A stretch of 47,234 nucleotides of DNA from positions 1-47,234 of IMG/VR virus record IMGVR_UViG_3300008255_000181; one strand, given 5' to 3'. Of the stretch, positions 1-8,788 are shown one piece after another. The notes beneath the pieces are model-generated. The model ran no database searches. It worked only from the letters and a program-made list of their open reading frames with translations, and had not been told where the DNA came from. Position numbers and translations under genes: made by a program. Source of the stretch: a virus. Lineage: Duplodnaviria; Caudoviricetes. Every line of letters begins with the position of its first letter. Positions within the stretch are counted from its first letter, which is position 1.

Positions 1-12
1 GTGTGACTGGCA
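1..12. repeat. Terminal overlap from circular assembly, identical to 47223..47234
   Basis: GTGTGACTGGCA at both ends; an ORF reads through. Confidence 0.9.
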
Positions 13-379
13 AGGTTACTGTAAGTATAAAACTGTCATACACGGTGGGGCTAGAGGCGGAGATACGTATGCTGAAAACATAGCTAAAGATTTAAACTGC
101 CCGACGCAAATATTCAAACCTGATTGGATGTTGTTAGGTAAGTCAGCAGGGTTTGCAAGAAATATGCAGATGCTTGAACAAGAGGGTTTGGGCTTAGTCA
201 TAGCCCTGTGGGATGGCAAGAGTAACGGCACTAAGAACACAATAGACAATGCACTGAAGAAAGGTATTGACGTGCGTGTAATTTTCTTTGAAAAATATTT
301 GGATAAAGAATCAGATGTACCTGATGGGTTTCCTCAGCTGGATAAACTAGATGAGCTCTTTGGAGAAGATGATGAGTAA
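2..379 (+). CDS. 3' part of SLOG/YspA-like (DUF2493-type) protein
   Basis: Frame open from position 2: VIHGGARGGD...PDW...GKSAGFARNMQM...IALWDGKSNGTKNTI, typical motifs of this family. Confidence 0.8.
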   Translation, partial: CDWQGYCKYKTVIHGGARGGDTYAENIAKDLNCPTQIFKPDWMLLGKSAGFARNMQMLEQEGLGLVIALWDGKSNGTKNTIDNALKKGIDVRVIFFEKYLDKESDVPDGFPQLDKLDELFGEDDE

Positions 380-2021
380 GATAGTAGGGGATACGCAGTG
401 CCCTGCATGTGCAGAACAGGGAAGAGATAAGACAGGCAACCACCTTATGATGTTCGAGGATGGTGGTGCTTACTGCAATAGGTGCGGGCACAAGGATAAC
501 TGGAAGGATAAGAACCTAGAACCTAAGCCACGTAAGGAAGTGACTGACACTGAACTTAAGGAGATAGTAGATGAATTTCTTTCTTGCAAGACTGAAGCAT
601 GGCCTAAGAGAAAACTTAAGAAGAGCACGACGCAAAGATATAATTGCAGGGTTGGGTGTTCTCCTACTGATAAGTCTGTCATTGGTAGTTATCTGTTCCC
701 TCATTATGATGCAGCTGCTAAGCTGGTTGGGTATCAAGTTCGACTAATAGATGAGAAACGCTTCTTCAACATGGGGAGACCTAAGCAGGCTGTGTTCTTT
801 GGACAACACCTACTGCCTAAGGGTAGCATCAAGAAGCTGTATGTGTGTGAGTCACCAACAGATGCTATGTCTTTGTACCAAGCAATCAAAGATGTGTGGA
901 TGTCTAAGGGTATCACAGCTGACCCCAATGTAATAGGCTTACCGCACGGTACAGGTTGTGCTGTCGATCTAGCTACCACTCAGGGTATCTTCGAGAGGTG
1001 TAATGAAGTTAACTTAGTCCTTGACTCAGATGAAGCTGGGGCTAAGGCAGCTGCTCAGTTAGCCAGTCTATATACTAACATAAAGATTGTTAAGCTTCCT
1101 GTTAAAGATCCTAATGAGATGCTATGCTTAGGCAGAGGGGATGAGCTTGCCAACCTAGCTCAGTTCTCAGCTGAGGTAGTTAAGCTGGACTGTATGTCCA
1201 ACATAGAGGACATCATCACTGAGATATGTGAGCCTGTCGAGATGGGGTTATCGTACCCTTGGACTACCATGACAAGGCTTACACATGGCCAACGTGAACA
1301 ACAGATCATAGGTGTAGCAGCTGGTGTAGGTATGGGCAAGACATCCTTCAAGTACGCTATGGTTGCACATGACGCACTGGTGCATAACAAGCACAGCACT
1401 GTGTTCGACCTTGAGTCCAACGTCAAGAGTACAGGTAAGCACCTATCATCTATCATAGCTGGTGTTGATTACAATAGGCCCGGTGTTATATACACACAGG
1501 ATGATATACGTAAGGCTATCGAACCTTTGAAAGGTAACGTCACACTGTACAACCACAAGGGTAGTAGAGACTGGGCTGACATCAAGTCCTACATACGTTA
1601 CAGCGTGATTGTTAACAAGTCTAAGGTTGTACACCTTGACCCTATAACAGCCATTGTAGCCCACCTCAGTAGCTCTGAGGCTAATGATATGTTGAACACT
1701 ATGTTCTCAGATCTATCAGCTATGACACAGGAGCTTGACTTCTCTGTTGTGTACTACTCACACCTTAACCCTCCTAAGCAAGGGGCTTCGCATGAACGTG
1801 GAGGTAAGGTACTTGAGTCACAGATGACAGGTAGTAGGGCTATGATGAAGTGGTCAACAGATGTTTGGGGTATCGAAGGCAACAAAGATCCAGACTTAGC
1901 TGAGCATGAACGTAACGTCCGTAAGGTTGTGTTACTTAAGAACAGAGACTTTGGTAATGTAGGATCATTCTATTTGTTCTACGATCCAGAGACAACAAGA
2001 TTATCGGAGAGGTTTGTATGA
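351..2021 (+). CDS. T7 gp4-like DNA primase-helicase
   Basis: N-terminal Zn finger (CPAC...CNRC), TOPRIM (CESPTD, DSDEAG), Walker A AAGVGMGKT, DnaB-like SHLN and KNR motifs. Confidence 0.93.
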   Translation: MSSLEKMMSKIVGDTQCPACAEQGRDKTGNHLMMFEDGGAYCNRCGHKDNWKDKNLEPKPRKEVTDTELKEIVDEFLSCKTEAWPKRKLKKSTTQRYNCRVGCSPTDKSVIGSYLFPHYDAAAKLVGYQVRLIDEKRFFNMGRPKQAVFFGQHLLPKGSIKKLYVCESPTDAMSLYQAIKDVWMSKGITADPNVIGLPHGTGCAVDLATTQGIFERCNEVNLVLDSDEAGAKAAAQLASLYTNIKIVKLPVKDPNEMLCLGRGDELANLAQFSAEVVKLDCMSNIEDIITEICEPVEMGLSYPWTTMTRLTHGQREQQIIGVAAGVGMGKTSFKYAMVAHDALVHNKHSTVFDLESNVKSTGKHLSSIIAGVDYNRPGVIYTQDDIRKAIEPLKGNVTLYNHKGSRDWADIKSYIRYSVIVNKSKVVHLDPITAIVAHLSSSEANDMLNTMFSDLSAMTQELDFSVVYYSHLNPPKQGASHERGGKVLESQMTGSRAMMKWSTDVWGIEGNKDPDLAEHERNVRKVVLLKNRDFGNVGSFYLFYDPETTRLSERFV

Positions 2022-2695
2022 AGATCGTTACACTGTCTGACATTCACACACTGTGGGAGTTGATAGAAGTCCCTGAAGGGGACGTACTTGTAGTAGCTGG
2101 CGATATTACAGGCACAGGAACCTTTGATCAACTGTTCAGATTCAATGAGTGGGTAGGAACACTGCCTCACAAGCATAAGATTGTGGTAGCTGGCAATCAT
2201 GACTGGGGTTTTGAGTTAGGGTTGCTTGATACATACCCTGACTTAACATCTAACTATACTTACTTACAAGATGAGGAGTGTAATATAGACGGTGTTGTAT
2301 TCTACGGATCACCTTGGCAACCTGCATTCTGTAACTGGGCATTCAACTTACCTAGGGGCGATAAGTTAGCTGAGAAGTGGAAGAAGATCCCTGAGTATAC
2401 AGATGTGCTTATCACACACGGGCCTCCGTACGGGGTGCTGGATAGCAACATAGCCCCTGATGATGAACGTGTTAACTTCGGTTGTGAAGATCTTCTTAAG
2501 AAGGTGATAGAAGTTAAACCTAAGTACCACATCTTCGGGCATATACATGGCAGCTACGGAAAGAAAGAGTTACACGGTGTAACATTTGTTAACACATCTA
2601 TATGTACTGAGGCTTACAAACCTTTAAACAAACCTTGGGTATTGGAGATTGACAGTGAGCAACATAACAAAGTTCTACCCCAGCAATGCAGCTAA
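2018..2695 (+). CDS. Calcineurin-like metallophosphoesterase
   Basis: SDIH, AGDIT, AGNHD, THGPP, FGHIH motifs. Confidence 0.92.
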   Translation: MKIVTLSDIHTLWELIEVPEGDVLVVAGDITGTGTFDQLFRFNEWVGTLPHKHKIVVAGNHDWGFELGLLDTYPDLTSNYTYLQDEECNIDGVVFYGSPWQPAFCNWAFNLPRGDKLAEKWKKIPEYTDVLITHGPPYGVLDSNIAPDDERVNFGCEDLLKKVIEVKPKYHIFGHIHGSYGKKELHGVTFVNTSICTEAYKPLNKPWVLEIDSEQHNKVLPQQCS

Positions 2696-2897
2696 GAGTC
2701 CTGACAATGTGCTAGAACAAGCCGTTGGTTGTTACGACAAGGTTCTTATTATAGGGTATGAGAAAGATACAAACGTAATAGATATGAGAGCCTCGACTAA
2801 TCTAACAACAGAAGAAGCGGCTTACCTGTCTACCAGAGCTGCGCATACTTTCACACCACCGCTGTTTGAGATAGGCGAGGGCTTTGATGATGAGTAA
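2649..2897 (+). CDS. Hypothetical protein
   Basis: ORF in tightly packed operon, GGAG upstream. Confidence 0.65.
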   Translation: MTVSNITKFYPSNAAKSPDNVLEQAVGCYDKVLIIGYEKDTNVIDMRASTNLTTEEAAYLSTRAAHTFTPPLFEIGEGFDDE

Positions 2898-3075
2898 CGG
2901 TATACCTGTCAAAGATAATTGGAAAGGAAAAGGATCTTGGATTAGGAAACCTCAGATAGAAGACAGCGTAAGATATAGTAACTTCGATAAGATCTTTGGC
3001 AAGAGATACTCTTGGTTAGAACTTAAGAAGTTTAAGGAGATGTTGTTACTATTATCTGGAGAACAAAATGTTTGA
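2884..3075 (+). CDS. Hypothetical protein (GKGS..R...NFDKIF type small phage protein)
   Basis: Overlapping operon arrangement. Confidence 0.6.
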   Translation: MMMSNGIPVKDNWKGKGSWIRKPQIEDSVRYSNFDKIFGKRYSWLELKKFKEMLLLLSGEQNV

Positions 3076-3331
3076 TCATATCTTACCTGAAGAAACTGAA
3101 GAACAGAAAGTAACACGAGCGCAAGAAGACAAGCACGCTTACTGCCGTGGTAAATCTGATGCACGTAAGCAACTTGAGAGAGATGCAAGCGTACACTATA
3201 AGACACCAAGAGATAAAGACTGCTACAACATGGGGTATTCCTCAGGCGTTTATGAAAACAACAAAGTTAACGGATCGGAGATACAAGATGACAACATCAT
3301 ACACAAGCTTTTACGAACTGGTCTATGGTAG
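3068..3331 (+). CDS. Hypothetical protein
   Basis: GGAG SD, ATG, operon context. Confidence 0.6.
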   Translation: MFDHILPEETEEQKVTRAQEDKHAYCRGKSDARKQLERDASVHYKTPRDKDCYNMGYSSGVYENNKVNGSEIQDDNIIHKLLRTGLW

Positions 3332-3695
3332 ATCTTCAAGCCCAGCAACAACAGATACTCCCCCAACCAAAGAACAGTTAGAGGCTGCCATTAAAGTCTT
3401 GAACGAGAAGGTTGAGGAACTTAAGAAGAAAGAAGAAGTTGTGTTTAAAGATGGCTGTGTTAATCACGCTAATATTAAGCGGGCTAGATTTGATAGCGGC
3501 TTACCTACTTACTACTATAAAGATGGCAAGTACTACGACATTGACACAATGTTCGGTACTGGTGATTACCGAGTAGACTTTGACTATAGTGCTCCATACA
3601 CGTTACAGTACTCTTTATACACCCCACATGGAACCATTCAAGTAGTTGAAGAAGAAGATAAAGAACTAAGTTTAATCTTCGTTATTCGAGCATAG
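3288..3695 (+). CDS. Hypothetical protein (start reassigned to ATG 3288)
   Basis: GGAG at 3277-3280 precedes in-frame ATG. Confidence 0.6.
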   Translation: MTTSYTSFYELVYGRSSSPATTDTPPTKEQLEAAIKVLNEKVEELKKKEEVVFKDGCVNHANIKRARFDSGLPTYYYKDGKYYDIDTMFGTGDYRVDFDYSAPYTLQYSLYTPHGTIQVVEEEDKELSLIFVIRA

Positions 3696-3698
3696 GGT

Positions 3699-4223
3699 GT
3701 GGCTATGAGAGTCCTTGTATTTGATACCGAGTCAGATGGTTTTGTTGATGAAGCTACAAGAGTGTGGTGTATAGCTGCACAAGACAAGGACGATAAAGTT
3801 ATGGGCAAGCTATTCACACCTGATATGGTACAGGTAGGTCTAGCTTACCTCCACAGTGCAGATGTTCTTGTATGTCACAACTTCAAGAAGCATGACGGCC
3901 CTCTACTTAAGAAGCTGTACGGTTGGGAGCCTAAGTCTCATCAGGTAGTGGTAGATACCTTGATCTATAGTCGTATGCTGTACCCTAAGAGACCTAACCC
4001 CGAAGGTTACACAGGTAAAGCCCCTCATAGCCTAGAAGCTTGGGGGCTCAGGTTAGGCTTCTCTAAACAGGAGCATGAGGACTGGAGTAAGTACACTGAT
4101 GAGATGGGAACAAGGTGTTTAACAGATGTTAAGATCAATCAGTTGCTACTAGAGGAGTTAGAACGTGAAGCAGGAAATCTATCCAACTACTACGAACTCC
4201 TTAGACCTAGTAAGTGCGCTTAA
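3699..4223 (+). CDS. Family A DNA polymerase, 3'-5' exonuclease domain (separate ORF)
   Basis: ExoI FDTESDG, ExoII HNFKKHD, HSLEAWGLRLG, ExoIII-like RCLTDV. Confidence 0.9.
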   Translation: MAMRVLVFDTESDGFVDEATRVWCIAAQDKDDKVMGKLFTPDMVQVGLAYLHSADVLVCHNFKKHDGPLLKKLYGWEPKSHQVVVDTLIYSRMLYPKRPNPEGYTGKAPHSLEAWGLRLGFSKQEHEDWSKYTDEMGTRCLTDVKINQLLLEELEREAGNLSNYYELLRPSKCA

Positions 4224-5583
4224 GTTAGAGCATAAGGTACAAGACATATGCTTAGAGATGGAGAGTGCTGGTTTTATCCTTGATGTTGCTGAGTGTGAAC
4301 GTCAGATAGATATGCTAGAGACTCGTATACAGTGGGTAGATCAAGCTATCCTCCCACTGATACCACCTAAGCCAAAGCCTGTAGGCACAACAATCAACAA
4401 GGTGTACAAGATCAATGGAGACTATACTAAACAAACTGAATCTTGGCTTTCGGAGGTTTATAGTGCTGTCAATTCTAAGGATTACAATAAGTGCCTTGAA
4501 GTGGTCGGTTCTTTTAACCGTATTGAATTCGTTCCTATTAATCTGGATTCTTCTAAGCAAGTAAACGAATGGTTGTTAGCTAATGGATGGAAACCGAAGG
4601 TCTGGAATTACCAGAAAGATAAGAGTGGCAAAGAACTTAAGGATTACTACGGTAACAAAATTAAAACATCGCCTAAGATCACGGAAGATAGCTTTCAAGA
4701 TCTGGAAGAACTGGGTGCAGCGGGCGCACTCATCGCGTACCGTCGTAAATGTACCCACAAAAGAAATCAAATCCAAGGGTTTCTTAGACACAAAAGAAAA
4801 GACGGAACTATTCCGAGCGTTGTTAATACTATTGGCGCGGCTACGGGTAGGATGACACACAGTATAGTGGCTAATGTACCTGCACCTAAGCAGAAAGCTT
4901 TCTGGAAGTGGATGCGTAAGGTATTCTCAGCCCCTAAGGGGTACTTAGTAGTTGGGGCTGATGCAGATCAGTGTCAGGTACGTGCGTTAGCACACTATAT
5001 GAACAGCGAAGAGTTCATAAGCTACCTGTTAGACCCTAACATAGACCTACACAGTGTTAATGCTGAGAGGGCAGGGGTTACTAGGTCTCATGCTAAGAGC
5101 GTCTTCTACGGTTATCTGTTTGGCGCTGGTGCTAACAAGACAGCAAGTCAGATAGGTTGCACAGTACAAAAAGCTGAGGTTATACGTAAGAAGTTTGAGG
5201 TAGCTGTGCCTGAGATCCCTAAGCTAATAGCTGCACTTAAGAAGTTCTGGAATAAGAACGGTTACATACTTGGTATAGATGGGCGTAAGATATATGTACC
5301 TTACGAACACATGCTGCTGGTGTACCTGTTACAGAACTTTGAAGCGGTTCTTATGAAGTGGGCTATGGTTCTAGCTGATGAAGCTATTAAAGAACGTGGT
5401 CTAGATGCAAGGTTCGCTACCTTCCAACATGATGAGTTTCAGATGATAGTAAGAGAAGATCAGGCTAAAGAAGTAGCGGAGATACTAGAAGATTCGATAA
5501 ATAAAGCGGGAACTATACTAGGATCTCGTTGTATAATAAAGGGTAAGGCCGATATAGGCAATACTTGGTACGACACACACTAA
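4165..5583 (+). CDS. Family A (T7-like) DNA polymerase, polymerase domain
   Basis: ATGRMTH, motif A DADQCQVR, motif B RSHAKSVFYGYLFG, motif C QHDEFQ. Confidence 0.93.
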   Translation: MKQEIYPTTTNSLDLVSALKLEHKVQDICLEMESAGFILDVAECERQIDMLETRIQWVDQAILPLIPPKPKPVGTTINKVYKINGDYTKQTESWLSEVYSAVNSKDYNKCLEVVGSFNRIEFVPINLDSSKQVNEWLLANGWKPKVWNYQKDKSGKELKDYYGNKIKTSPKITEDSFQDLEELGAAGALIAYRRKCTHKRNQIQGFLRHKRKDGTIPSVVNTIGAATGRMTHSIVANVPAPKQKAFWKWMRKVFSAPKGYLVVGADADQCQVRALAHYMNSEEFISYLLDPNIDLHSVNAERAGVTRSHAKSVFYGYLFGAGANKTASQIGCTVQKAEVIRKKFEVAVPEIPKLIAALKKFWNKNGYILGIDGRKIYVPYEHMLLVYLLQNFEAVLMKWAMVLADEAIKERGLDARFATFQHDEFQMIVREDQAKEVAEILEDSINKAGTILGSRCIIKGKADIGNTWYDTH

Positions 5584-5607
5584 CAAACGCATTATGGAGA
5601 CAACACC

Positions 5608-5949
5608 ATGCGAACAATGTCAGAAGAAGAAGTTAAAATGTCTAAAGAGTTAGACACAGCACTGGAAAACGGCAGCTATACACTTAAGAGCAACACAAGC
5701 ATCCTTGTTAAATCTCGTCCTTGGACAGAGGCTTTAACTGTTGCAGTAAACCCCCTAACTGATGGCCGGGCATCAAGTATTCGACTGACTGTTGATTCTT
5801 TAGAGGAGTTAACTGACTTAGCTAAGTACAGACAAGCTAAGCGTAAGGAGGCTTCCTCAGCTTCTGATGTTATTGAGGCGCTGTATAGCATCACAGCTGA
5901 TCGTCCTAAAGAGAACAGCATTATGCGAGGTTTATTCGATGGCTTTTAA
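5608..5949 (+). CDS. Hypothetical protein
   Basis: GGAG SD and ATG. Confidence 0.7.
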   Translation: MRTMSEEEVKMSKELDTALENGSYTLKSNTSILVKSRPWTEALTVAVNPLTDGRASSIRLTVDSLEELTDLAKYRQAKRKEASSASDVIEALYSITADRPKENSIMRGLFDGF

Positions 5950-6481
5950 TCCACAAGTACAAGACAAACCCCAGTATGATTTACCTGAAGAAGGTACATA
6001 CCCAGCACGACTAGCTCGTGTCATTGAGATAGGTGATCAGACTACACCTTACGGCGTTAAGACTCAGGTGGTACTGGGTTACGTAGTCCCCTCTCTTAAG
6101 GTTAAGGTTGGTGAAGAAGAGAAGCAACAGATGTTCTGGACTTTCCCTATCAACCAGACATCTAACCCTGAAGGTAACTTGATGAAGCATGTCAAAGCCT
6201 TGAAGGCTGACGCTACTCACCTTAACCAGTGCTTAACCAAAGCTTGCTTACTAACCTTAGCTAACACTGAGGGTATGAATGGTAAGATGTACACCAACAT
6301 CGACGGTATTGCTAAGCCTATGGCTGGCTTAGATATCCCAATGCCTGACTGCGATGTGTATATGTATGAGTTTGAGAATGGCGAAGATGAAGTCTTCGAG
6401 AATCTTGGAGAGTACAGACAGAAGCAGATCCGTGGTGCGTTGAACTTCGGTGTTAAAGATACAGCTTCTATGGAAGCTTAA
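5939..6481 (+). CDS. Probable single-stranded DNA-binding protein (start ATG 5939)
   Basis: LPEEGTYPARLARVIEIGDQ OB-fold-like N-terminus; position in replication module. Confidence 0.55.
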   Translation: MAFNPQVQDKPQYDLPEEGTYPARLARVIEIGDQTTPYGVKTQVVLGYVVPSLKVKVGEEEKQQMFWTFPINQTSNPEGNLMKHVKALKADATHLNQCLTKACLLTLANTEGMNGKMYTNIDGIAKPMAGLDIPMPDCDVYMYEFENGEDEVFENLGEYRQKQIRGALNFGVKDTASMEA

Positions 6482-6486
6482 AAGGT

Positions 6487-6590
6487 TCGGGGTGTGGTGC
6501 AAGTATTTAAGTTGGCGTAAGCACAGCCTTATATAATAGGTGGTATCGTTCCTCATCCGATACGTGCAGGTTCGACTCCTGCCACCCCGA
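6487..6590 (+). ncRNA. Atypical tRNA-like RNA
   Basis: Acceptor TCGGGGTG/CACCCCGA, T arm GCAGG-TTCGACT-CCTGC, D stem GTGC/GCAC, long variable arm; D loop 20 nt, no canonical 7-nt anticodon loop, no CCA. Confidence 0.7.
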
Positions 6591-6598
6591 CATTAAGA

Positions 6599-6784
6599 TA
6601 GGTAGTGGATAACCGCAATCAGCTCACCGTTGAAAGAATACGGACAAGTAGGCTCGACGGACACCACACCTAGCCCTTAGTTCACTAAGACTCAATCAAA
6701 CGATGGACTTAGACACTGAGGAACGTAGTCACCGACGGTTATGAGACACTAACCCCCAGCTAGTGTGAAGGGTGACAAGCTGGG
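6599..6784 (+). ncRNA. Putative structured RNA downstream of the tRNA-like element
   Basis: Stems TAGGT(A)GTGG/CCACACCTA, CCGT/ACGG, CCCAGCT/AGCTGGG; no ORF. Confidence 0.4.
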
Positions 6785-6808
6785 ACTTATTTATTACAGG
6801 AGAACAAT

Positions 6809-6913
6809 ATGAACACAGCATGGTGGTGGGTTACGATAGGATGTTACACAGTGTTACTTACTTCAGCTGTGTCATTCCTCTGGCTATACCTAAAGAAAAG
6901 GTTTAAGTTATGA
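6809..6913 (+). CDS. 34-aa membrane peptide (below ORF-track cutoff)
   Basis: AGGAG SD; MNTAWWWVTIGCYTVLLTSAVSFLWLYLKKRFKL; ATGA overlap with next gene. Confidence 0.7.
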   Translation: MNTAWWWVTIGCYTVLLTSAVSFLWLYLKKRFKL

Positions 6914-7476
6914 ACTTAGAATTTAAAGCATGGCCTAAGATACCAAGAGGTAGCCCGTTTACTGGGGTAATCACAGAGAAGATGAACGGCACTAACGCTT
7001 GCGTGATCATTGAGGATGACGTTGTCGTAGGTGCCCAGTCTCGTAACAAGCTTATCTATCCCGAAGGGACTGAAGGTAAAGAGAAAGGTTGTGACAACGC
7101 AGGCTTTGCTCAGTGGGTTGATGCTAACAAGGAAGAGTTAGCTAAGCTTGGGGACGGCTATCACTACGGCGAGTGGTGTGGCCCATCTATACAGAGCAAC
7201 CCCCACAGATTGCCTGAGAAAATGTTCTTCCTATTCAATAGCTTTCGATGGGGTAAGAACCCAGATAGACCTGCTTGTTGTAGTGTAGTTAGAGAGTTGT
7301 TCAGTGGATACATAGACGAGCAGGTGATCCAAGAAGTTATGGGGTATCTGCACTTTGATGCAAGCTGCAAAGAGTACACACCTGAAGGTATTGTCATATA
7401 CTGGAAAACCTTCAGATCATACACCAAGCATACGTTTGAGAATGCTGAGGGTAAGTGGAAGGAGTTACCGTCATGA
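6910..7476 (+). CDS. ATP-dependent RNA ligase-like nucleotidyltransferase
   Basis: Motif I TEKMNGTN, QSRN, YGEWCG, PEGIVI. Confidence 0.8.
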   Translation: MNLEFKAWPKIPRGSPFTGVITEKMNGTNACVIIEDDVVVGAQSRNKLIYPEGTEGKEKGCDNAGFAQWVDANKEELAKLGDGYHYGEWCGPSIQSNPHRLPEKMFFLFNSFRWGKNPDRPACCSVVRELFSGYIDEQVIQEVMGYLHFDASCKEYTPEGIVIYWKTFRSYTKHTFENAEGKWKELPS

Positions 7477-8345
7477 TAGCTCTTTTGGACGCGGACATAA
7501 TTTGCTATGAGTTCGGTAACATGCGTGACCTTGAGACAACAGAGCTACTGGCATGGCCTATAGTTCGTAAGTTTGTTGATGATCGTATAGCACAGATCTG
7601 TACAGATACAGACGCTGATGAAATGGAGCTATACCTTACTGGTGCCGGTAACTTCCGTAAGACTGTAGCTACTATACTACCTTACAAGGGGCACAGACCT
7701 GAGGATAAGCCGCCTCATTGGTTGAACATACGCGAACACCTCATAGAGAACTACGATGCTGAGGTTGTACATGGTATGGAAGCTGATGACGCGGTTGGTA
7801 TCAGACAGAGCGAAGCCATCCAAGGTGACAGAGAGAAGTCTCACATACAGGTTGAGACAATCATCTGTTCACGCGACAAAGACTTACACATGATACCCGG
7901 ATGGCACTACCAGTGGGAGTGCGGTAAGCAAGCAATGAGGAAATGGTTTGTCGATGATCTCGAAGCTATACAATTTTTCTATAAGCAGCTTCTTACTGGT
8001 GATGCTACCGATAATATTCTTGGCCTCTTTGGTGTGGGATCTAAAGCATCTTGTGTCAAGGCTATAGATAACATCACAGATGAGTACGAGATGTTCACCG
8101 TAGTAGCTGATGCGTATGAGTCTAGGTTCGGCAGCTGGTACTACGATGCAATGCTTGAGAATGCCCAGCTGCTGTGGATAATGAGGAATGGAGCCTACAC
8201 TAAGGAAGATTTTCACCAAGAAGAAATAGCTGATAGGTTGAGAGAGTTCATCAAGAGGAGAAACCATGAAGCGACGTTCGGCAAAGAGCCTTGTGATGAA
8301 GCCTATATTCAAGATGAAGGTAGAGAAAAGCAAGGTGAAGTATGA
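7473..8345 (+). CDS. 5'-3' exonuclease (T7 gp6-like)
   Basis: LLDADI, NFRK...YKGHR, EADD, SRDKDL..IPG, LTGDATDNI. Confidence 0.92.
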   Translation: MIALLDADIICYEFGNMRDLETTELLAWPIVRKFVDDRIAQICTDTDADEMELYLTGAGNFRKTVATILPYKGHRPEDKPPHWLNIREHLIENYDAEVVHGMEADDAVGIRQSEAIQGDREKSHIQVETIICSRDKDLHMIPGWHYQWECGKQAMRKWFVDDLEAIQFFYKQLLTGDATDNILGLFGVGSKASCVKAIDNITDEYEMFTVVADAYESRFGSWYYDAMLENAQLLWIMRNGAYTKEDFHQEEIADRLREFIKRRNHEATFGKEPCDEAYIQDEGREKQGEV

Positions 8346-8424
8346 TCGCAAGAGTACTAAGGATGCTTATGAAAGCGAAGAAGAAGATACCAAGGTACAA
8401 CAAGACGTACCCAAAGAGATATGA
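8266..8424 (+). CDS. 52-aa overlapping ORF with ArfA-like motif
   Basis: GAGGAG SD then ATG; MKRRSAKSLVMKPIFKMKVEKSKVKYDRK...; third frame over the exonuclease/endonuclease junction. Confidence 0.6.
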   Translation: MKRRSAKSLVMKPIFKMKVEKSKVKYDRKSTKDAYESEEEDTKVQQDVPKEI

Positions 8425-8788
8425 CTCAGGGTTTGAGCATGAAGTCTCTGTATCTTTAGGTGAGGGTTGGGAACATCACCCACCTAAGATGGCCTACGTA
8501 TCTAAGCATACGTATCAACCGGACTTCCGTAAAGAAACAGACGGTAAGGTCACACTGGTTGAAGCTAAGGGAAGGTTCAGATCAAGGAGTGAGGCATCGA
8601 AGTATCTCTCTATAAGAGAAGCCTTGCAAGATAACGAAGAGTTGGTGTTCATATTCTATGACGCAAGTAAACCTTTAGTAGGTTCACAGCGTAGGAAGGA
8701 CGGTACCAAGCAAAACCACGGAGAGTGGGCAACAAGCAACGGGTTCCGTTGGTTCTGTAGAACAAAGGGCGGGTACAAAGATGAATGA
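8342..8788 (+). CDS. Endonuclease I / Holliday junction resolvase (T7 gp3-like)
   Basis: YDSGFE, YQPDF...VEAKG PD-(D/E)xK motif, W...NGF.W; true start may be 8363 or 8369. Confidence 0.88.
   Translation: MIARVLRMLMKAKKKIPRYNKTYPKRYDSGFEHEVSVSLGEGWEHHPPKMAYVSKHTYQPDFRKETDGKVTLVEAKGRFRSRSEASKYLSIREALQDNEELVFIFYDASKPLVGSQRRKDGTKQNHGEWATSNGFRWFCRTKGGYKDE

Noticed and set aside
1-12. 12-bp end repeat as biological terminal repeat
   Set aside because: It falls in the middle of a gene, so it is an assembly overlap.
5509-5537. Fourth ECF-type promoter GGAAC...TGTATAAT
   Set aside because: Spacing off by one and lacks CACGTA; inside the polymerase gene.
6487-6590. Assigning an amino acid to the tRNA-like gene
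   Set aside because: No canonical 5-bp stem with 7-nt anticodon loop.
6715-6750. Hammerhead ribozyme at CTGAGGA
   Set aside because: No stem II followed by GAAA.
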